DNA of 64,000 nucleotides from Acholeplasmataceae bacterium. Its GTDB lineage: Bacteria; Bacillota_I; Bacilli_A; Acholeplasmatales; Acholeplasmataceae. The notes below the pieces were generated by a model. That model did no database searches. It was not told the DNA's origin and worked only from the letters and a program-made list of their open reading frames with translations. Made by a program: the position numbers and the translations under genes. The stretch is taken from contig JAIPGC010000001.1 of NCBI GenBank assembly GCA_021736335.1, positions 23,700 to 87,699 of the forward strand. Direction: 5' to 3'. Positions 9,061-18,261 of this stretch are shown piece after piece. The stretch's first letter is position 1. Each line of letters begins with the position of its first letter.

Positions 9061-10836
9061 ATGAAAAAAATAATGATTCTATTTTTTATTCTGTTATCAG
9101 CTGTTCTTTCTCTTTCAAGTTTCAGGGTTCAAGCAGCTACAGAGATTGTTTATACAGAAAGTGATTATGATCGATTGCATGCTGTGATAGAGCATGTGGA
9201 TAATGTCTTGAAGTACGGACATGAATATAATACTGAAACCTTATTACTTCCTGATGCCATCAACACCTTGACAGGTGACCCAGCCAAGTGGACATTTCCT
9301 AACCGGGCACAGGTACCATACTCGGATATAGCAAATCAACAAAATTTCTTTAGAACACTTGTTGCTTTATCAAAAGTAACAGATGATCCAAAATATAGAA
9401 ATGAAGCTGTATCTATTTTGGGTGAGTTTATGTCAAATTATCAGAATCCCAATGGATTATTTTATTGGGGTGGTCATCGTACCATCAACTTAGACACACT
9501 TGAAGTTCAGTCAACAGAAGGTCCAAATGGACCACATGAATTAAAGAATATGATGCCATTTTATGAATTGATGCTCGAAGTGAATGAAGAAGCAACCTTA
9601 AGATTCATGAGACAATTATGGACTGCTCATTTCTATTTTGATACCACAGATATGAATCGTCACGGTAGTTATAGTAGTGCATACGATGTCAATGTCTTTG
9701 GTCAGACAATTCCCGAAGATGTCATTTTAATGGATGAAAATGGATTACCAATCATTCCTGATAATTCACCAGGTTTGTTGCCATTTGTTAATGCAGCAAC
9801 CGATTTAGCTTATGCAGCATTTACATTGTCAGATTATACATATGATTCAGTACCTGCACAGTGGGCTGAATATTTGATGAGACAATATTATCTTGCATCG
9901 CATCCCATCACTGGAATGACTGTGTATCAATTTAAATCAACACTTGTGACTAAATCTCCAATTGAATGTGCAGATCCTGCATACACGAATTCAGGATGTG
10001 GAGACCGTGTTGCTAGACAATTTAGAGATTTTGGATCCATAGCAAGAGAATCAAATGTTGCTTGGAAGAACACACAAGCAATCTATGTAGATAATATTTT
10101 AATGCTTCTAGAAGCTGCTTCAAAATATGGTGTTGATTATTTTGTTGATTGGGCAAGACAATACCTAGAAGGATACTTAGAATATGCATATATTCGTATT
10201 GATGGAACTAATAAGATTATTCCAATGTTTATCGATGGGACAACAACCTATGGTTATGTTGTACCTGAAGTAGGTTATTTTGGACCATCCAATATGAGAC
10301 TTGATTATGTTGATTTACCTACCAGTTATTTATTACCAATATTAAGAACAATCCTACAAACTGAAAATGATACTGATAAAGAAAAACTTTGGGGTTACTT
10401 TAGAGATATTGTCTATACATTTGGCTTAGGAGACATAGGTACTCTTGGAGGTGCAAAGCCCAATCTTAATATTGATACATCAGTAAGTGATCCATTTGCC
10501 TTAATGGCTATGGTAGAACTCTATGATGATACGAAGAACCCAGCTTATCTCGATGTAGCAAGAACCATTGGTGATAACATCGTTAGAGAAAAATTCTTTA
10601 GAGGATTCTTTGTTCAAAGTGAGATTATGTTATACAGTAGACTCGATCAACCAGATACACTTGCATTACTTACTTTGGATGCAGTCTTAAGAGGGATTAG
10701 CCTAGATGAAATGCCATTCTATCTTGCAGACTCAGGTTATGTCCATGGATATTTGCTTGCTGATGATGGTGTAACTGAAGATAGAAGCTATACACAAACA
10801 GTTATTTACACCAAGACTATATATGATTGGGAGTGA
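9061..10836 (+). CDS. Pectate lyase family PL2 (PelW/PelY-like) with signal peptide
   Basis: ATG at 9061 after GGAAGGGTG; signal peptide ending VQA-A; PL2 motifs ANQQNFFR, LFYWGGH, HELK..MPFYELM, MNRHG, GDR..RQF. Confidence 0.85.
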   Translation: MKKIMILFFILLSAVLSLSSFRVQAATEIVYTESDYDRLHAVIEHVDNVLKYGHEYNTETLLLPDAINTLTGDPAKWTFPNRAQVPYSDIANQQNFFRTLVALSKVTDDPKYRNEAVSILGEFMSNYQNPNGLFYWGGHRTINLDTLEVQSTEGPNGPHELKNMMPFYELMLEVNEEATLRFMRQLWTAHFYFDTTDMNRHGSYSSAYDVNVFGQTIPEDVILMDENGLPIIPDNSPGLLPFVNAATDLAYAAFTLSDYTYDSVPAQWAEYLMRQYYLASHPITGMTVYQFKSTLVTKSPIECADPAYTNSGCGDRVARQFRDFGSIARESNVAWKNTQAIYVDNILMLLEAASKYGVDYFVDWARQYLEGYLEYAYIRIDGTNKIIPMFIDGTTTYGYVVPEVGYFGPSNMRLDYVDLPTSYLLPILRTILQTENDTDKEKLWGYFRDIVYTFGLGDIGTLGGAKPNLNIDTSVSDPFALMAMVELYDDTKNPAYLDVARTIGDNIVREKFFRGFFVQSEIMLYSRLDQPDTLALLTLDAVLRGISLDEMPFYLADSGYVHGYLLADDGVTEDRSYTQTVIYTKTIYDWE

Positions 10837-10840
10837 TATC

Positions 10841-11296
10841 ATGAAAAAAATATTGATTGTATTTACGATGATGATGTTCCTACTTAATTTAATGGGATGT
10901 GAAAAAGATAACATAGAAGAACCAATTGAAGATGATATATATCAACTTTTAATTGATGCAGAAGATCTATCAGGTATTGCAGAAAAGACAAAAGTTTTAA
11001 TAACAACAGATGGCAGTCTGGGATTACCTACAAGTTATCAAGGTGTTGTGATTAGCTATCATTCGAGAAATTCAGAGATTATCTCAGATGATGGTGTTGT
11101 CACAAGACCTAACTCTTGCTGGATTGAAAGTCGAGACCAACAAGGCACTGATAACGATGAATTTGATCATTTAAATGATAATTGGCCAGTCATAGTGGAT
11201 GTGACATTTACATTAGAAGGACAAACAAGAACGGCTAAGCTAGTATTTGTAGTAGCTCCACGTGAGGGGTTCACGTGTGATAAATATTTAGGATGA
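10841..11296 (+). CDS. Small lipoprotein with atrophied Ig-like domain
   Basis: ATG at 10841 after GGGAG; lipobox LMGC; LPT..GV.ISY.S.N..IIS.DGVVTRP pattern shared with the neighbouring large lipoproteins. Confidence 0.6.
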   Translation: MKKILIVFTMMMFLLNLMGCEKDNIEEPIEDDIYQLLIDAEDLSGIAEKTKVLITTDGSLGLPTSYQGVVISYHSRNSEIISDDGVVTRPNSCWIESRDQQGTDNDEFDHLNDNWPVIVDVTFTLEGQTRTAKLVFVVAPREGFTCDKYLG

Positions 11297-11309
11297 GAGG
11301 GAGAAAAAA

Positions 11310-14300
11310 ATGAGAAAAATATCTAGTATTTTAATTGCCCTGCTTTTCGTCTTGATTCTTATAGGATGCGGTAAAACAACATTTACTGTAACTTTTGAAT
11401 CAAATGGTGGATCTGCAGTGCAAGCAATTGAAGAAGTCATAGAGGGAACAGTGATTGACGAACCAATCGCTCCAACAAAATCAGGATTTGATTTTGCTGG
11501 TTGGTTTAAGGAAAGTACTTTGACAAATGCGTGGGATTTTGAAGAAGATATAGTAACTACAGATATCACTTTATACGCAAAATGGACTGATACTCTACCA
11601 ACTGATCAGGAACTTGTTGATGCTGCTTATGCATGGTTGAATTTAGGAGATTTGAGTAATTTAACCAATAGTTCAGCAAGAATCATTATGCCTGTGAGTA
11701 AAGATGATGTTTCAATTTCATGGCAAATTGATAAACCAGAATATATTGCAGTCAATGGATTAATTACACAGCCTTCTTTTGAAGATGGTGATCAAACCGT
11801 TACTTTGACAGCAACCTTGACACTTGGTACTGTAAACAGAACAAAAGTATTTACAGCTACCGTTGTAGCTCTACCAAGTGTTGAAGAAACAGAACCTTTG
11901 ATCTATGAAACATTTGAAGATTATGCTGATGGCAACATTGTGACACAAAGTGGATTATGGGGACCAGTCAGTGGTAAATCAGGTAATTCAGAATTTACAG
12001 TTGTCAGCACAATATCAGGTATGTCTATCCCTGAAGAATCTAAAGCATTAAAGATTCAAGCGCTTCTTGAACTTCAAATAGAAGCACCTATTGTTCATTC
12101 GTATGATTTGGTTGTTATTGAAGTTGATTTGATGCAAACAGCCTCAAGTAATGGTTCTTCAATTAACATTCAATCATCATCTAGTAGTCCAGTTGTGGGA
12201 TTTGGATTAGATGGTGCTGGATTATTCTATCGTACGGATAATGGTTCATTAATAACAACACCAATTGAAATAAACACATGGTATACATTAAGAGTTGAAA
12301 TCAACTTAGCAAATAAGACAATTGAAGCTTTCTATTATGCTGATGGTCAATTGATGTCATTGACTCCAGGACCAGTGACATATTTAGGAACAACTTCACT
12401 GCAAAGCTTATTCATTCGTAGTGGTAGTAGTACGACAACAACATTAAGAGAGCCAGCTTATATAACAAATATCGTAGCAAATAGAATTGAAGCATTACCT
12501 AGACCTGAAGAAGTGGTTAAACTAGGTGATGTAACAGGTATCACACCTACAATCAATGTTGAACTTGGAACTACATTTACACCTGAAGTTCCAATGATTT
12601 ATAATTTCTATGGAAGTCAAAGACTTCTTATTGAAGATACTGAATACACGCTTGTTGTGACAAATCCAGTTGATGTGAATACAGTTGGTGATTACGTTGT
12701 AAGCTATGTTTTCACTAATGTAGACAATTCTAGTGATATTGTTACAGTTACACAAGATGTTACAGTTTATTCACCAGCAGAGCCTAATGAAATCACTGCT
12801 GTAGAATCAACAATTGTTGGATACCTAGAACACATGACAACAGTTACTTTAACTGCAGTTCAACCAGAAGGCACACTATATTATCTACTAAACAACAGTG
12901 CGACTGCAAATGCTGAGGAAATCAAACTAGGTTCTTCTTTAGAAATCACAAGTAGTTCAGTGGTTTTAACTAATCTCAATGCAGAAGATTTATCATACAT
13001 TCATTTTGTTATTGTCAATAATGGCGATAGCAATATTTGGTCACATGAATTAGTTAATGAAGTTGTTATTGAATTATCAACAAGAGAAGCATTTTATGCA
13101 GTATTAAATCCTGCAACAGAAGATCCTGATTCAACATTAACATATGCTTTAGTTGCTGATCTTGATTTTACAGGATTTACATGGACAGATTCAGGAAGAT
13201 CATTTAAAGGTGTTTTCTATGGTAACTCACATACAATTTCAAATATTACAATTAATGCTGTCAATGGTTATGGTGGGATTTTTGCAAGAGCAAATGGGGC
13301 TACCATTAGAGACTTAATTGTTGATAACGCAAACATTACTACAACAGCTAGAGCAGGTATATTAGTTGGACGTGTAGAAAATAATGCAACTACCATTAAA
13401 AATATTGTCATCATGAATTCATCAGTATCTGGGGCAGATTCCAATGGTGTTGGTGGTTTAATCGGTCTCGTGTCAAAGGATACGACGATTGAAAATATCG
13501 CAATCATTGACTCAACAGTTACCTCAGTTGGTCAAAAGAATGTTGGTGGTGTGGTAGGACGTGTTGATGGTGGTGCGCTTATTGCTAGTGACATTTATGT
13601 TCGTGGTATCACTGTGACATCAACTGTTGCAGGAGAAACGACTCTAGATGTTGGTGCTGGTGCATTTGTTGGCTACGTTAGAGATAGTGTTGCTAGTGTT
13701 GTAACAGCAAATCGTATCGTAATTATAGAAAGTGATGTCAATGCGATTGTTGGCGGTGCATTAATCGGATACATCAGATTTGCAGGATCTGCAACAGTTC
13801 AAAACGCTTATGTAGAAGTTGCATTTACTAATGCAGCAATTAATGCTGCAGGTTTAGTAGGTAGAGTTAATAATGAAACCGATAAGTTAGCTGAAACAAC
13901 AATCTTTGGTTCACTAACCAATGCTGCTTCGCATGCTCAAACTCAAGATCTGACACATGTAGCTGTTCCTGATGGTAGTGCTTGGTGGAGTACAAACTTA
14001 CCAGGATTTATTGATCATGCATTTTGGACTTTGGACACAAACAATATTTATGCTTTAAATCTATATTTAGTTTCAAGCAAGCCTTTTGTTGAAGTCACTG
14101 CATCCTATAACATCACTGTTGATGATGAAATACTTCAAATCAGACAAGATAATGTGTTTACACATGAGGCACCTGTTGTGCCTGGATACAACTTCACAGG
14201 ATGGTACATGGACGAATTACTTACAACGCCACTTACTTTAGGATATGTCGTTACAGTCCCTGTAACGCTTTATGGTAAGTATGAAACAGTACCAGCAAGC

Positions 14301-15701
14301 ACAGTAAGCTTTACAACCGGTGTTGATGGCTTACTTGTAGATAATCAATTAATAAATTATGGTGAATTAGCAACAGCTCCTGTTGTTGCTGATCAAATGA
14401 TTGAATCAGTTATGAAAGAAGTGACAGGTTGGACGTTAAACGATGTTGCCTTTGACTTTTCAACACCAATTAGTGAAGATATTAATTTAGTTGCAGTATG
14501 GACTACAAAGACATATGAAGTTACATTTAATGGTGTGGATCCTGTAACTATAAGCTATGGTGAATTGGTCTCAATACCAACTGATCCAGTTAATCTTTTT
14601 GCTGAACTAACCTTTAATGTATGGACGCTTAATGATGTAACTTATGATTTCAATACACCAGTAACTGCTGATATCAATCTAGTTGCTACATTTAATGACC
14701 CAGTTGGTACTATTTCTATTGATAGTGTTGAAGAGTTTTACTACATGGCAACACATAACTATAGCTATGATTTTGAATTATCTGTAGATTTAGATTTCAC
14801 AAGTTTTACATGGGATAGCAATGGTGGCAATTTCACAGGTACATTTGATGGACAAAACCATACCTTAACAGGTATTAACATGAGTGTTGGCGATCGTGCA
14901 GGTATCTTTACATACTTTAGTGGTACATTTGAAAATGTCGTGATAGAAGATGCTGTTGTTGTTTCCACAGGTAGAGCTGGTATTATTGCAGGTGAAATTG
15001 ATGCTGAAACAGCAGTTGTAACCAATGTTCATTTCGTTAATGTTTCTGTAACTGGTGCAAGTGATAATGGAGTTGGTGCAATTGCTGGTGTGATTAAAGA
15101 TGGGGCTGGTGGATTAACAGCATCTGTCATCAGTGTTATCAATTCATCGTTTACAAACAATAATAAGAATGTTGGAGCACTTGTAGGATATGTTAGAGGA
15201 TCTGGAGCAACAACTATAACAGATGTTTATATTAAGAATGTAACTGTATTAGGTCAAGTAGACCAAGTTGGTGGAATCGCTGGTTATGTTAGAAATCCAC
15301 TTAGCTTCTCATTATCTAATGTTGTTATGGATGGTGTTACTATTACACAAAATGGTAGTGGCGGATATGCTGCAAGTGTTGTTGGTAGAATCGACACATC
15401 AACAGTGATTGATATTCAAAATTTAATCGTAATCAATGACACAATAACAGCTGTCAAATATACCAATACAATTGTTGGTAGATATGATACGATTGCTGCA
15501 GCTTCATTTACAATGACCAATGTTTATTCTGGAACAACCGTATTTAACGTTCCAGCTGTTGGTCAAGCAGCATTAGCAATTATCGATCCACTCATATTGG
15601 ATGCGACTTGGTTTGGAACCAATATGCCTACAATAACAACTCCGAATTGGGATTTGAGTTCTAATATACCTAAGTTGACCAATTCACCTTCAATTTCTTA
15701 A
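11310..15701 (+). CDS. Large surface lipoprotein: InlB B-repeats, Ig-like and lectin-like domains, two GLUG-like beta-helix regions
   Basis: Lipobox LIGC; TVTFESNGG...GFDFAGW...TLYAKW repeats; two YxLxxDLDFT.FTW...F.G.F.G..HT + GG(L/I)(V/I)G repeat regions. Confidence 0.75.
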   Translation: MRKISSILIALLFVLILIGCGKTTFTVTFESNGGSAVQAIEEVIEGTVIDEPIAPTKSGFDFAGWFKESTLTNAWDFEEDIVTTDITLYAKWTDTLPTDQELVDAAYAWLNLGDLSNLTNSSARIIMPVSKDDVSISWQIDKPEYIAVNGLITQPSFEDGDQTVTLTATLTLGTVNRTKVFTATVVALPSVEETEPLIYETFEDYADGNIVTQSGLWGPVSGKSGNSEFTVVSTISGMSIPEESKALKIQALLELQIEAPIVHSYDLVVIEVDLMQTASSNGSSINIQSSSSSPVVGFGLDGAGLFYRTDNGSLITTPIEINTWYTLRVEINLANKTIEAFYYADGQLMSLTPGPVTYLGTTSLQSLFIRSGSSTTTTLREPAYITNIVANRIEALPRPEEVVKLGDVTGITPTINVELGTTFTPEVPMIYNFYGSQRLLIEDTEYTLVVTNPVDVNTVGDYVVSYVFTNVDNSSDIVTVTQDVTVYSPAEPNEITAVESTIVGYLEHMTTVTLTAVQPEGTLYYLLNNSATANAEEIKLGSSLEITSSSVVLTNLNAEDLSYIHFVIVNNGDSNIWSHELVNEVVIELSTREAFYAVLNPATEDPDSTLTYALVADLDFTGFTWTDSGRSFKGVFYGNSHTISNITINAVNGYGGIFARANGATIRDLIVDNANITTTARAGILVGRVENNATTIKNIVIMNSSVSGADSNGVGGLIGLVSKDTTIENIAIIDSTVTSVGQKNVGGVVGRVDGGALIASDIYVRGITVTSTVAGETTLDVGAGAFVGYVRDSVASVVTANRIVIIESDVNAIVGGALIGYIRFAGSATVQNAYVEVAFTNAAINAAGLVGRVNNETDKLAETTIFGSLTNAASHAQTQDLTHVAVPDGSAWWSTNLPGFIDHAFWTLDTNNIYALNLYLVSSKPFVEVTASYNITVDDEILQIRQDNVFTHEAPVVPGYNFTGWYMDELLTTPLTLGYVVTVPVTLYGKYETVPASTVSFTTGVDGLLVDNQLINYGELATAPVVADQMIESVMKEVTGWTLNDVAFDFSTPISEDINLVAVWTTKTYEVTFNGVDPVTISYGELVSIPTDPVNLFAELTFNVWTLNDVTYDFNTPVTADINLVATFNDPVGTISIDSVEEFYYMATHNYSYDFELSVDLDFTSFTWDSNGGNFTGTFDGQNHTLTGINMSVGDRAGIFTYFSGTFENVVIEDAVVVSTGRAGIIAGEIDAETAVVTNVHFVNVSVTGASDNGVGAIAGVIKDGAGGLTASVISVINSSFTNNNKNVGALVGYVRGSGATTITDVYIKNVTVLGQVDQVGGIAGYVRNPLSFSLSNVVMDGVTITQNGSGGYAASVVGRIDTSTVIDIQNLIVINDTITAVKYTNTIVGRYDTIAAASFTMTNVYSGTTVFNVPAVGQAALAIIDPLILDATWFGTNMPTITTPNWDLSSNIPKLTNSPSIS

Positions 15702-15721
15702 GTTTACAAGAATTAAATATA

Positions 15722-15772
15722 AAAAGGCTTAATTTTCTAGAAATAGAAATTAGGCCTTTTCTTTGTTTTTTT
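15722..15772 (+). terminator. Terminator of the pectin operon
   Basis: AAAAGGCTTAATTTTCTA-GAAA-TAGAAATTAGGCCTTTT hairpin with a T-rich tail. Confidence 0.75.
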
Positions 15773-15904
15773 AGTCTTCATATCCATATGAATGTAATCA
15801 ACTAATAAGATAATATAGTATTTGATTGATTGTATTTATTTCACACAGTTTTCTTTTTATAATGTCATTTTTGTGTTAAAATAACGTCATGAGGGTTGGG
15901 AACT

Positions 15905-16804
15905 ATGAAATTTTTATTGCTTTACAATCCCGTCAGTGGACGGACAAGTTTTAAATCACATATACCACACATCCAGGATATATTTAATCATACAATGCAT
16001 GAGCTTACAATCTATGAATCAAAGGCACCTAGAGACTTAGAGAAGGTGGCACATAAAGAATCTTCTGCATATGATGTTTTTTTAGTTGCAGGTGGAGATG
16101 GCACCATTAATGAAGTCGTTAATGGTATGATGAAGTCAAAAGTTAAACCTGTTTTAGGTGTTCTTCCTGGTGGTACAGCAAATGATATTGCAGCTATATT
16201 AGGTATCAATAAGAGCATTAGAAGATCTTTGAATTTATTTTTTAATGCAAAACCTGTCTTGATTGATGTCAATCAAATAAATAGTCAATATTTCATGTAT
16301 ACAGCATCATCTGGAATCTTATCACGGGTCAGTTATGATGTGTCAAGAAGACATATAAAAAAGTATGGATATTTAGCATATGTGATTGCAGCAATGAAAG
16401 ACTTAGCATTAGATTATAAATATCCGATTAAAATAACGACACAAGATCAGAAGATATCATGTGAATGTGTCATGGTTTTGGGGTTATGCTCTAATCGAGT
16501 CGGTGGCATGAGACTCATTAATTTTTCGAATGCAAAATTAAACGATGGATTATTTGAACTTAGATTTTTTAAGAGAAGTAAGAAGATGTGGAGATTTAGA
16601 TTCTTATCATCTTTGATCAGAGGTGGCAAGAGATTAGGTGAAGATCTTCATTTGGTTTCTAATCATTTTGTTATAGAAACTGATGATCAAGTAAGATGGA
16701 ATGCTGATGGTGAATACGCTTGTAGTGGTAATATTGTCATTAAGACTCATAAGGAAGCTTTGAAAGTTTTCGCTAGCGATAGGACTGTAAAGAAATATCT
16801 ATAG
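15905..16804 (+). CDS. Diacylglycerol/lipid kinase family protein (YegS/BmrU-like)
   Basis: YNPVSG, GGDGTINEVVNG, PGGTANDIA, NADGE motifs; ATG at 15905 preferred over the TTG at 15896. Confidence 0.9.
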   Translation: MKFLLLYNPVSGRTSFKSHIPHIQDIFNHTMHELTIYESKAPRDLEKVAHKESSAYDVFLVAGGDGTINEVVNGMMKSKVKPVLGVLPGGTANDIAAILGINKSIRRSLNLFFNAKPVLIDVNQINSQYFMYTASSGILSRVSYDVSRRHIKKYGYLAYVIAAMKDLALDYKYPIKITTQDQKISCECVMVLGLCSNRVGGMRLINFSNAKLNDGLFELRFFKRSKKMWRFRFLSSLIRGGKRLGEDLHLVSNHFVIETDDQVRWNADGEYACSGNIVIKTHKEALKVFASDRTVKKYL

Positions 16805-16811
16805 GTGCTGT

Positions 16812-16887
16812 GCCGAAATAGCTCAGGTGGTAGAGCAGCTGTCTCGTAATCAGCAGGTCGTAGGTTCGAGTCCTATTTTCGGCACCA
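16812..16887 (+). tRNA. tRNA-Thr (anticodon CGT)
   Basis: Cloverleaf: GCCGAAA/TTTCGGC acceptor stem, GCTC/GAGC D-stem, anticodon loop CTCGTAA, GTAGG-TTCGAGT-CCTAT T-arm, encoded CCA. Confidence 0.95.
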
Positions 16888-16930
16888 TTCCTACCCGCTT
16901 ACTTTTGTATATAAATGTTTTAGTAGAGCC

Positions 16931-16960
16931 AAAAAGTCAACTTAAATGTTGACTTTTTTT
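16931..16960 (+). terminator. Terminator after tRNA-Thr
   Basis: AAAAAGTCAAC-TTAAAT-GTTGACTTTTT hairpin plus T-tract. Confidence 0.8.
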
Positions 16961-17473
16961 ACTGTATAAAAGGGGTGGATTTGACCAAAATCAATTTTTT
17001 CTTCTGTTAGGGTACAGAACTTCTAGGGGTGACATCAAAAATGTGATAACGACTCCGTGTGTTTCTTTCTTCTTGAATATATCGAATTAACGAGTCTATA
17101 AAGCCTAAAAGTCAATATGTGGTTTATGTTTGTAATTAGATCAGCATCAGCGCTCTACAAAATCCAATAAAAACTATGGATCCTTGGAACTTCTTGATGT
17201 TTTGAGTAGTAAACGATAAAATTCAGGGATATGGATATCTAGGCATCTCCTAATCAAAAAAAACCTGTGTTTTCGTTGTGTTCGAATAGCAACTCAGTAT
17301 CTAATTTGCACTAAAATATTAGTAGAGGTATTAGTGTAAAAACGTAATTCTATCTATTTTAATTTTATAAACTATGGACGTATTTTTTACGGATTATAAA
17401 AATAATTAAAATTGTATGATAGAATCATATCATCATTAGTCTACATTTTTTCGTAAAATAAGTTTAACTTCAA

Positions 17474-18034
17474 ATGGAGGATATTCTGATGAATGATATT
17501 ATTTTAATTGGACCCGTTGGTGTTGGTAAAACAACAATAGGAAAGTTGCTTTCAAAAAGATTACACATTCCACAAATTAGTCTAGATAAAAAAAGATGGC
17601 ACATTTATAAAGAAATAGGCTATGATAAAAAATATGCAAAAAAGTTATATAAACAAGAAGGGTTTCTCGGAGTATATAAATATTGGAAACCATTTGAAGC
17701 ATATTCAGTCAAAAGAGTACTTGAACTTTACCCGAATCATATTCACGACTTTGGTGCAGGACAATCTGTTTATGAAGATAAAATATTATTTGATGATGTG
17801 TACACCTTACTAGAACCCTATAGAAATGTTATTCTATTATTGCCATCTAAAGATAAAGAGAAATCTCTAGATGTATTATTCAAAAGGAATTTAATGACGG
17901 ATAATAAATTCGAATATAATTATTTATTTGTTAATAACCCTTCCAATGAAAAATTAGCAAAAATTATTGTTTATACTGATGGAAAAAGTCTTTCAGAAAT
18001 ATGTGATGAAATAATAAACAATATCATCGTGTAA
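17474..18034 (+). CDS. P-loop kinase, shikimate/AAA-kinase-like (start may be ATG at 17489)
   Basis: Walker A GPVGVGKTT, SLD, DFGAG motif; very AT-rich; sole cargo of the islet. Confidence 0.75.
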   Translation: MEDILMNDIILIGPVGVGKTTIGKLLSKRLHIPQISLDKKRWHIYKEIGYDKKYAKKLYKQEGFLGVYKYWKPFEAYSVKRVLELYPNHIHDFGAGQSVYEDKILFDDVYTLLEPYRNVILLLPSKDKEKSLDVLFKRNLMTDNKFEYNYLFVNNPSNEKLAKIIVYTDGKSLSEICDEIINNIIV

Positions 18035-18151
18035 AGAGAAATCCAGTTGATGCTAGTATCAATGCAGCTTAAATTACAATACTTTGAATGATCTAAAAAT
18101 AGAAAATACTTAACAAAGTCAAAAAAACCCTCAAGTAAGTGAGTTAGTTTA

Positions 18152-18200
18152 GAGTTCTATTTTCGGCACCATTTCAACCCACGTACTTTTGTATAGAAAT
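18152..18200 (+). repeat. Duplicated 3' end of tRNA-Thr plus downstream flank (attR-like)
   Basis: Direct repeat of 16868-16916 with 6 mismatches. Confidence 0.85.
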
Positions 18201-18212
18201 CGCTTATATGAA

Positions 18213-18244
18213 ACAAAAAAACTAACATTCTTGTTAGTTTTTGT
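18213..18244. terminator. Bidirectional terminator
   Basis: AAAAAACTAACA-TTCT-TGTTAGTTTTT between convergent genes. Confidence 0.7.
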
Positions 18245-18261
18245 CATTAATGAGACTCTAG

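Larger units (their letters stand above)
16868..18200. mobile_element. Degenerate tRNA-integrated islet bounded by attL/attR-like direct repeats
   Basis: 16868-16916 and 18152-18200 match at 43 of 49 positions, including an exact 17-bp core CTATTTTCGGCACCATT from the tRNA 3' end. No integrase inside. Confidence 0.7.

Noticed and set aside
16960-17470. Integrase or IS pseudogene inside the islet
   Set aside because: No recognisable catalytic motifs or terminal inverted repeats by eye; needs a translated search.
18152-18172. Second tRNA-Thr gene
   Set aside because: Only the 3' ~20 nt are present; no D-arm or anticodon arm, so it is treated as an att-like duplication.
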